Source of the DNA: Octopus sinensis
Taxonomy: Eukaryota
NCBI RefSeq assembly: GCF_006345805.1
Contig: NC_043014.1
Span: 35,960,001 to 36,024,000, forward strand
Length of the DNA: 64,000 nucleotides
Direction of reading: 5' to 3'
Below are positions 54,144 to 64,000 of the stretch, piece after piece. The position numbers and the translations under genes were made by a program. The notes beneath the pieces are model-generated. The model was not told the DNA's origin. It ran no database searches and worked only from the letters and a program-made list of their open reading frames with translations. How positions within the stretch are numbered: the stretch's first letter is position 1; each line of letters starts with the position of its first letter.

Positions 54144-54422
54144 GCACGAGTACAAAGGTAGAATTGATTTTGAGCTGATTAGACAGAAGTAGCATGAAAT
54201 GAAGTGCCTTGCTCAAGAACACAATGTACCAACTGGTTCAGGATTTGAAATCATAAATTCGTATTTGTGATCTCAACTTCTTAACCACAAAGTCATTTGC
54301 CTTCACAGTATCATATACATATTAACATACATACACAATAATGATAATCTGAAGAGAATGAACTCTATACTAGAAGTACAATATAAATAACATTATTTGG
54401 TCCAGTTATGATTTCAACTATA

Positions 54423-55708
54423 TACAAGGGATATTCATTAAAGATTTTTCCTGGCCCATTTCCCAAGGACTCAGATAAACGAAACTTGGAATAATTATTA
54501 GGCCTTCTCTACAACTAATGGTGACACACTTCTCACATTGCTTTATGCAGCTGTGAACACCTCATCTGTAGAAGTTGGTAGATTGCATCTAGAGCCAAGA
54601 CTTTACCTCAGAAATAAGTTTACCATCATCTGAAAAGTGCTTCTCCTTCAAAAAATGACTTCATGGTCAGAAAGAGGTGGAAGTAAGATGGAGTGAGGTC
54701 GGAAGAGTAAGGAGGATGAGGAAGGCTTTCATTGCCGCAGAAGTGTGCTTTCATCTGGGCAACATGCACATTGTAAACTGGAGCATTGTCTTGAAAGAGG
54801 CAAACTACTTTGGTCAGCATGCCATGCTTCTCTGCTTTGATGGCTTCCAGCAATTTCTGCTGGAATACACTGCATAATACACTGCATTAATTGTGGTACC
54901 CTTACCAGAAAATCCCTCATCACTACTCTGTGCTAGTCCCAAAAGACTATGAGCATCACCTTGCCTGCTGAGGGTTGGACACATGCTTTCTTTGTAGGTG
55001 GTGAGTTATGCTTCCATTGCTTTGACTGGACTGTAGTCTCAAGATCATAGTGATGGATCTATGTTTCATCCTGTGTGATAAGTCTGCTGAAAAAGTCCTC
55101 CTTGTTTCCTTGGCATGTTGCCAAAAGAGCCTGGGAGCAATTGCCTCATTCCTACTTCCGAAAAGGTGTGAGCATTCGGAGAATCCAACACCCAGACAAC
55201 TACTGCATGTGCAAACGGTCATGAATGATCTTTTTCCTCAGATCCTACACTTATCTTCACTTCTTGGCTAATTGCCAAATAGTTATGTAGCAGTCCTCTA
55301 AAATGGCAGCTTCCGCTTTATGGATGGTGTCGTCATCGATGGTAGAATGTGACTGTCCAGGAATAGGATCAGTTTCCACCAATGTCCAACCACATTTGAA
55401 CTGGCAATGCCAGTGCTTGACTACGTCATATAATGGTGCATCCTCACCATAAACTTCTTTCATCACATCAAAAGTTTCTTTTGGTGTATGACCATTCAAG
55501 TATAAGTACCTAATCACCGATATGCATTCAACTGCCTCCATTATAATAACTTAGTCCACTTCAGCAGCTGTAAAAGACTATCGAATACTAGTGGAAAGCT
55601 GAAATTTACAATGTGATATGTTGAAATATAAGATTATACCCGTACAATTTGTTTCCTGCAATGACTGGAAGGAGGTCAGGGTTAACCTTTAATGGACACT
55701 CCCTCTTA
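54423..55708 (-). mobile_element. Full-length decayed mariner (Tc1/mariner) transposon
   Basis: About 1.29 kb with degenerate TIRs (tacaagggatattcattaaag / ctttaatggacactccctctta) and TA flanks. Fragments MEAVECISVIRYLYLNGHTPKETF..., ..LFQDNAPVY.., and HPPYSSDLTPSYFHLF (YSPDLAP motif). Frameshifted. Confidence 0.9.
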
Positions 55709-56795
55709 TATGCAGTTATGGTAAACATTTCCAGTTTTAGATTGTGTATATGTATTTGTAACTTCATAGATTGCTAGTTTGTTAGTATTCTATTATTCGT
55801 AGTCTGGAATGAAAAGTTATGTATTATTTTTTCTTGGCTCTCTGTTTTCTATCTGTCCACCAAGGTAGCCAGAAGCAAGAAATTGGGGAAACCAGGCAAG
55901 AAACCATATGGATACTATGCATTTCATATATCATGCAACATAAGCGATTTTCTTTTGCATCTGTTTAGTAGCAAAAATCTTTCCAAGATACAAAAAGAAA
56001 AAAAATCTGAACTTTGATAGAAAAGAAAAATATATTTGGAGAAATAAACACCTTTTTTTTTTACAGCACAAATATACTGAATCAATAAATAAAGAGTTGC
56101 ATTGTAAGGGTTAATCTAAATAGGATTTCTTTTTTAAATTAAACACACGATATTTAATATAAAAGAAAATATCACCCTTAATATACAGAGGAATAGTGTA
56201 TATTTATATATCAGTGACATGCAAAGCATGCAATGCATGTCTGAGACATGTAAATAAGTGCTGATAACAAATCTGATTTTCATATAAAGTATTAATTTTT
56301 TGAGGAACATTGGAAAAAAAAATGTGTGAGTATGCATGCATCCTACTTCAATTATGTAATTTTGTAATTATAAAATTTCATGCTCAGGCTTATGTACCAG
56401 GAGGTAACCTCAATTTACTTATTTAGTATGCATATATGTATGTACACATGTGCACATATAAACATACATATGTAAGTTTGAAGGAATTGGTGTGTTCTTT
56501 TTTCTAACATAGAAATGTCAAGCCAACAGAATGACCCACTCAACTTATAAGGGTTAAACTAATAATGAAGTTGTGTCATTTGTTTCCAAAGTGCAGAGTT
56601 GTTAATTTGCAAAGTCGAATTTTAATTGAACCAATGGGCCTAAAACAAACATCCACAATCAGCACAAATAATATTATTATAATTTAAAATTGGTGAAAAA
56701 TAAATATTTATAGCCCAAGAAATGTAGTATGTAGTTTCTTCAAATGATGTGACCTAATTAATGCTGGTGCAGCTATATTAAGAAAAGAGTGGGAG

Positions 56796-56838
<43 letters not shown>

Positions 56839-56859
56839 TGAGTGAGTGAGTGAGTGAGT

Positions 56860-56920
<61 letters not shown>

Positions 56921-58404
56921 TTATTATTGTTAGTGACAAACAAAAAAAGTATCTCTCTCACTGTGAAAGGACAAATTTTATGAAGCACATGGAAGAAATG
57001 TGATGTTGTGTGATTGTGAGACATGGGCATTAAATATGAAACAGCTGTAAAGAGAAAACATGATGTGCCTGATGTGTTGAATGTGAAATACTAACTGTTA
57101 TACACACTAAAAAATTAATAAATAAAGCCCACATCATCACCAGTTTTATGGCCTGGATTGCACAGATTGTTTTCCAATTGTGTGATGCCAATCAATCATA
57201 GAATACAGGGAACAATGGAGAAAAAGTTTTGTTTTTCTTCAGTTGAATGCCCTTTCTATTACCAATTTTTATAGCACAGACAGAGTAACTGAGATATTGG
57301 CTGAACATTAACCACATGGAAGCACAGACATTAAAAAAGTAATGTACAAGACTTTGTTTATTTCATTCATGGGAATAATTTCTTTTAATACTTCTCTGAA
57401 CTGTATAAAACTTTGCAGTACAGCTTTACATTCAAAGTTCAAACCCTACTGAGATCAATTACCTTTCATCATGTTGACTTAATGATAAAGTACAAATCAA
57501 ATACTGGGGATGGCACAATTAACTGTATTTTTACCCTCCAAATTTGTTGCTGTGTGTTGATGTAAGAAACCTTTATAGTAACTGTTACATCAATAAAAAC
57601 TGATTGGGTAGATTCGTTGGTACCCATTCATGACAAAGTTTAAATTTCTTCTCCCAAAGTTACTTGCTAACTGAACTTAAGCCCATGGGAGCTCATATAT
57701 CTATAATAATGACTAACAAGAAAAATAGAGTGAGCAAATCATTTTACTTCAATTTACAAGTGTTTCATCTTAATCCAATTCAATCTATCTTACAACATTA
57801 TGTAATAATACATGCAACTATTGGTTACTTTCCATGTGCCATTTAAGTTAATCCTAATAACATAAGCTGAGTAAGAATCTTTAGAATTGTGAATAAAAAG
57901 GCAAAAATATGAAGTAGTCACTCTGCATTAAAAGTTTCAACTTTTGGTCATTTTAATGCCCACTTTTCTATCCTTATAACTGGTCAGATGAAATACATTG
58001 AAGCAGAATCACTATGGCCAGATGGATACCCTTCTTGATATAAACCCTTACCCAAAGTGCTACACAGTAGGACTGAACCCAAAGCAACATGGCTGGAAAT
58101 GAACTTCTCAACAACAGCCATGCTTGTGTGCATGCACAGACACACACACACACGTTAGACAATAGGAAAATAGTTCATCTCAACACAAAACAAAGAAGCA
58201 TTGTACATATGAAATATAATCATCTTAGTTGACACTTCATACTTCAAGTATCTTCTTTATATTACAACATGAGAACAAAAGAAATTAGCTAACTCTCACG
58301 ATATAATGGTATATGTTTAGCTAACAATAATTGTTTATAATTTAGGTACAAGGCCAGCAATCTTGAAGGCGGGCATTAGTTGATACCATTTCTTTGACTG
58401 GTTC

Positions 58405-58621
58405 TTAACCCTTTTGATACCCTTTTTATTTTGAGATGCTGTGTTTCTTCCAATTATTTTAAATATAACAAAGAATTTAGTGAAATAACTTCGTTATCAT
58501 TAAGCTAGAATTAGGAACATAAATTCTGACTAAGATTTGATGGAAGATTTTAATTTAGAGTTTTTGTAAGCAAGACCTATCTATTACAGAGCAAGGGGCG
58601 GGTTGGTATCGAAAGGGTTAA
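58405..58621. mobile_element. piggyBac-like MITE family 2, nested in a SINE
   Basis: TTAA-CCC...GGG-TTAA; SINE sequence continues on both sides. Confidence 0.75.
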
Positions 58622-59182
58622 TTTTATCGATGCTAGTACAATGTAAAGGAAAGCTGGTCTAAGAATGTGAACAACTAGAAGAGATCCTGCAACTCAAAAG
58701 ATTCTGCTAATCTACCAATCTAATAATAATAATAATAATAGTTCCAAATTTTGCAACAAAGTCAGCAATTTTGGGAGAGGGGATAAACCAATTATATCAA
58801 TCCCAGTTCTTGACTGGTACCAATGCCAAAAGGATGAAAGACACAGTTGATCTCAGCAGAATTTGAACCGAACAAGCATTTTGCCTGGAATGCTAATGCT
58901 TCTGCCAGCTTGCTACCTTTATAATAATAATGATAATGCTTCTAATATAAGCACTAGACTAAAAGTTTGGAGGAGGGGGCTTGTCAATACCATCAACCCC
59001 AATATTTGATTGGCATGGTATTTTATCAACAACACCCCACTCTCCAAGGGATGAAAAAGAACTGACACTATTGAGATTTGAACTCAGAACACAAATACCA
59101 CATGGTATTTTGTTTAGCTGTGGTATATATCAGCATCATGTTCTTGCAGTATAACGAAAATGACACTGCTTGTATGATACTC

Positions 59183-59580
59183 TCTTTACTCTTTTACTTG
59201 TTTCAGTCATTTGACTGCATGCTGGAGCACTGCCTTTAATCGAGCAGCTCGACCCTGGGACTTATTCTTTTGTAAGCCTAGTACTTATTCTATCAGTCTC
59301 TTTTGCCGAACCGCTAAGTGACGAGGACATAAACACACCAGCATCGGTTGTCAAGCAATGCTAGGGGGGCAAACACAGACACACGAACATATATATATAT
59401 ATATATACACACATATATACGACAGGCTTCTTTCAGTTTCCGTCTACCAAATCCACTCACAAGGCTTTGGTTGGCCTGAGGCTATAGAGAACACTTGCCC
59501 AAGATGCCACGCAGTGGGACTGAACCCGGAACCATGTGGTTCGTAAGCAAGCTACTTACCACACAGCCACTCCTACGCCT
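59183..59580 (-). mobile_element. SINE family A
   Basis: Homologous to 12749-13145. Confidence 0.85.
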
Positions 59581-59787
59581 AGTTATGTAGCAGCTAAATA
59601 AAAAAAAAAATAGAAGAGGTACTCTAGCATGGGCACCATCAGATGAAGGAGTTCAAAACTAACCAATAACCTGAAATTACAAGGTTACACTCACGACACC
59701 AGCACAGATCTGTATACCCATCATCAGTTTACTTCATGTAGACAACTGATACTTCCCATTGGTGCTTATGATATGCAAATGACTTAC

Positions 59788-59986
59788 AAAGAGGCAAACA
59801 ATTTGTCTCCAATTGAATTTGAAACTAAGAATGTAGAGCTAGGTCCTGCATTAACACACACCCTTTCCCAGAATGCTACCTCTCAGGAATTCCCTCCCAA
59901 GCCACGTACTTCTGGTCACTGTCAACTAACCCTTTTTCAAGCACATCAATCAAATCCACTGGGTTTTGATCTCAGTCTCAAAATGC
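59788..59986 (-). other. Candidate 199-nt non-coding (UTR, poison or lncRNA) exon
   Basis: Strong acceptor gtttgtttgttctttttgcag| and donor |gtaagt, but stop codons in all three minus frames. Confidence 0.35.
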
Positions 59987-60085
59987 CTGCAAAAAGAACA
60001 AACAAACAAAAAAAGAACCCCACCCCCCCAAAAAAAATCCTTCCCTTAGCTTTCCACCTTCGAACCCACCAAGAAACAACATACA

Positions 60086-60314
60086 TTAACCCTTTCGTTA
60101 CTGTATTTATTTTGAGATGTTCTGTGTTTCTTTCAATTACTTTAAATATAACAAAGAATTTAGTAAAATAACTTAGTTATCATTCAGCTTGTATTAGGAA
60201 CATGAATTGTGACTAAGGTTTGGTGGAAGATTTTAATTGAAACCTTAAGAAAACAAGACATTTGTACAACAGAGCCAGAGCCGGTTTCAGCTGGGTTGGT
60301 AACAAAAGGGTTAA
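60086..60314. mobile_element. piggyBac-like MITE family 2
   Basis: Same TIRs and TTAA TSD as 37975-38203. Confidence 0.8.
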
Positions 60315-61989
60315 ATGATAATTTCTAATATAATCACATAATACCTATTTTTTACTACCCACAAGGGGCTAAACACAGAGGGAACAAACAAGGACAGACA
60401 AATGGATTAAGTCGATTACATCGACCCCAGTGCGAAACTGGTACTTAATTTAATCGACCCCGAAAGGATGAAAGGCAAAGTCGACCTCGGCGGAATTTGA
60501 ACTCAGAACGTAACGGCAGACGAAACACCGCTAAGCATTTCGCCCAGCATGCTAACGTTTCTGCCAGCTTGCCGCCCTGATTCAACTAATTTTAGTACTT
60601 AGTTTGTATCGACTCCAAACTGACAAAATGCAATGTCAACCACAGCAAGATTTGAACTCAGAACATAAAGAGACAGCAACCAAATACTACATGGTCTTTT
60701 GTTCCCCATTAATGAATCTGTTGAAGTATATAAATGACAGTAGGAAAAAAAGATAGAGAAGAGCACAAAGTATTTAGGTGACTGAGCAAAGAAAATGGAA
60801 TTTGGAGGTACATCATACATTGATTATACACAAGGGAGAACTGGTTAGTAGGTTGAAAGGAAACAGTGTTAAGGCCACAAAGTCAAGCTTTTTCTCTTTC
60901 ACCTTATAATATGTAATTGCTAGAGAATAACCAGTTAGGAGCAGAAGGTGAATTATTTTTAAAACCATTTTTGTCCTACACACACACACATACAAAGAAA
61001 ATATTCAGAAAACAACAACATAACAATAACAACAACAATTATAATAATAGTTTCTAATTCAGGTATAAGAAAGAATAATGATAATTATTTTTAACACTGG
61101 CAGCACATTTTGAAGAAGGATTCAGTTAAAAGTCAACTCCAGAGGAATTTGAACTTGGAATGTAAAGAGCTAGAAGAAATACCATTAAGTATTTTGCCAG
61201 TGCTCTGCCTTAATAATAATAATAATAATAATAATAACTACAACAATAATAATAACGGTCTCAAATTTTGCAGGATTGGAGGAAGGAGTGAGTTGATTAA
61301 ATCGACTCAAGTGTTCAAATAGTATTTATATTATCAACCCCTGAAAGGATGAAAAGCAAAGTCTAAGGTACTATAGTTTTAGTTTTATACAGAAAGTGTC
61401 TGTCAGAAAATAAGAAAATTAAAAGTTTGTTTTTAAAAGTAATTTGATTATAAGATGATAGTGTTATCTTAAAATGACAGTAAAAGGTGTTTGCTACTAT
61501 GTACATTTGAAAGAACTTTTGATATGTTCACAGATTAGAATGTTTGGAATTACATAGAAAATATCTTTTTTAGGATATGAGCAGTTCACCCAGTGCACTA
61601 ATGATTCTGCCAGCTCACTGCCTTATGAGATCACCATGTCACAGACATGGTTGTGATACATGTGCCTGGTGTACCCTTATCAGACACACAGACATGATGG
61701 GTATAGTGGGCTTTGTATATTTTACCCCAGTGTCACTTTGATGGCATGCACAGCTCCCTCACTCAATAATAATAATAATGATGGTTTCAAATTTTGCCAT
61801 AAAGGCAGCAATTTTGGGGGAAGGGTGAGTCGATTACATTGACACCAGTGTTTAACTGGTACTTATTTCATCAACCCCGAAAGAATGAAAGGTAAAGTCA
61901 ACCTTGGTGGAAATTGAACTCAAAACGTACCACTAAGAATTTCATCCAGCACACTAACAATTCTGCCATGAAAGTCATGGATATGTGAT

Positions 61990-62523
61990 CAGCAGGGCAA
62001 GAGCCCTTCTCCTTTACAGGTGTATGCTCAAAATTGGTCCTTTCACACTGGCCATTCTTCCAATATTCACCCACCTTTCAACAAACTTGCTGGAGGGCAA
62101 CACTTCTCTCTCCACCCTCACTTTCATAATCATAATAATAATAATTAATTCTTTTTATTGGCTACAAGGGCCGACAAACATGATTGGAAAACATAAAGGG
62201 ACAAAAGGTTACAAAAGGTTACAAAAGGTTTTGTCCGTTTGTGAAAAAATCGAGTAAAAAGGCAGTTTAACAACGAAAAACTCCCAACAGAGGAGACGCT
62301 TCGAAAAAAAGAAAAGGTCTCGCGTGGAAAAACCCATAAAAGCTACGGGAACCTGGTCAAAAGGTGGGTAGAGAGCCCCTTTCTCCTTTTATAATACCTT
62401 TTTCAATTACAGGCGAAACCTGAGAATTGGTCCATTTACACTGGCCATTCTTGCACAATTCACCCACCTTTCAGAAAACTTGCTATCTGACAGCACTCTC
62501 CTCTCTAACCTCATCTTCCTTTT
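61990..62523 (-). mobile_element. Two tandem Tx1/L1-like LINE 3'-end fragments
   Basis: RKMRLERRVLSDSKFSERWVNCARMASVNGPILRFRL* plus 3' UTR and (ATT)n tail, directly followed by MKVRVEREVLPSSKFVERWVNIGRMASVKGPILSIHL*. Confidence 0.6.
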
Positions 62524-62823
62524 CAAGTGAAACTTGAAAAAGTTGATGAGGCCTTGACCAAAGATGAAAGTGTCTACCTACTAATTCTATCAGTACTTGA
62601 CAGTTATTAGTCAAAGAAAATACACTTGTGGTGGTTGTTCTGATGCCTTGCATTCTGAGTTTAAATCCCATGAAGGTCTTCTTATCCTTCTGAGGTTGAT
62701 AACTACTAGTGAAGTACTGAAGTAGATTTAAATGATCGACCTTTTCTCCTTCAAAAAAAATGCTGGTCTTATGTGTACTTAGGAGTCCACTATTCCCCAC
62801 AAAATATATATGCATCAACGTAT

Positions 62824-63050
62824 ACTCTTTACTCTTTTACTTGTTTCAGTCATTTGACTCTGGCCATGCTGGAGCACTGCCTTTTTTAGTTGAGCAAGTC
62901 GACCCCGGGACTTATTCTTTGTAAGCCCAGTACTTATTCTATCGGTCTCTTTTGCCGAACTGCTAAGTGACGGGGACATAAACACACCAGCATCGGTTGT
63001 CAATCAATGCTAGGGGGACAAACACACAACACACACTACACACCACACCA

Positions 63051-63102
<52 letters not shown>

Positions 63103-63282
63103 TATATATATACATATATACGACAGGCTTCTTTCAGTTTCCATCTACCAAATCCACTCACAAGGCATTGGTCAGCCCGGGGCTATAGCAGAAGACACTT
63201 GCTCAAGATGCTACGCAGTGGGACTGAACCCGGAACCATGTGGTTGGTTAGCAAGCTACTTACCACACAGCCACTCCTGCAC
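62824..63282 (-). mobile_element. SINE family A (another copy begins at about 63965, cut by the window end)
   Basis: Homologous to 12749-13145, with an expanded internal microsatellite. Confidence 0.85.
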
Positions 63283-63559
63283 TTATGTGTATTTTTGTTT
63301 TGGTATTAGTCTACTTCTATGGCTTGATAACAGGTGTTGGTTTGTTTACATCCCTGTAACTGAGCAATTTGGCAAAAATGAGACCAATAGGATAAGCGCG
63401 GGGGGGGGGGGTTCAATCTGTCTGACTAGGTTCTTCATGGCAGTACCCCAGCATGGCTGTACTCTCATGATTGAAACACTTAAAAGACAAGTAATGTTTA
63501 CAAAATCATGGAAAAGAAAAAGCAAACACAAGAAATTTGCGTGTGCGTGAGTGAGCAAT

Positions 63560-63590
<31 letters not shown>

Positions 63591-64000
63591 TGTGTGCACG
63601 CACACTTGTAAACATACACAATATACACACACACACATAGGAAAAGTAAGACATATATCAGCCATGACTCAGAAGGGTGTGTAGTGATAAACTATTTAAA
63701 CAAAACAGCAAAAATCTAGTAATAGGAAAAATTACAAACAAGAGAAGGTAAACAGGCACAGAAATAATTTGTCACACATATCACACTAAGAACTTATTTC
63801 CTTTTTTTTTTTCTTCTTCTTCTTCTACAATATAACTGAACATTTTTCTTTTGTCACTGGTTCACTGTATTTGTGACAACCATTATGAAATTGCCAGTAT
63901 AACAGAGTCCTGAAAGGAATGTTACAAGCTTATATCACAAAGCATTGATTTACATTTTCTCTCTTTACTCTCTCTCTCTTTTACTTGTTTCAGTCATTTG

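Noticed and set aside
59773-60171. 132-aa plus-strand ORF
   Set aside because: No recognisable motif or splice context, and it runs into a MITE. The splice signals there favour the minus strand.

Overview
AT-rich eukaryotic DNA dominated by repeats. The SINE/LINE families, MITEs and large (TA)n arrays look like those of Octopus (cephalopod); this is an inference from repeat style, not a database result. Only one convincing host coding exon is present: the terminal exon (32451-32792, minus strand) of a probable receptor cytoplasmic tail, with a YxN motif, a poly-Pro tract and an ITIM plus ITSM-like tyrosine pair. Three weaker upstream exon candidates lie at about 41.2, 41.9 and 59.9 kb. The rest is intronic or downstream repeat landscape: several tRNA-derived SINE families, 5'-truncated RTE, CR1-like and Tx1/L1-like LINEs, a decayed full-length mariner, Helitron remnants, piggyBac-like and 8-bp-TSD MITEs, and an internally deleted Penelope element. 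The most unusual signal is a set of mutually unrelated short fold-back elements embedded in (TA)n microsatellites that carry minimal type-I hammerhead-ribozyme motifs, most with short palindromic stem III. One family (two copies here) has the C3:G8 catalytic-core pair swapped to G3:C8 (GUGAACA). All structure and alignment calls were made by eye, and repeat boundaries are approximate.
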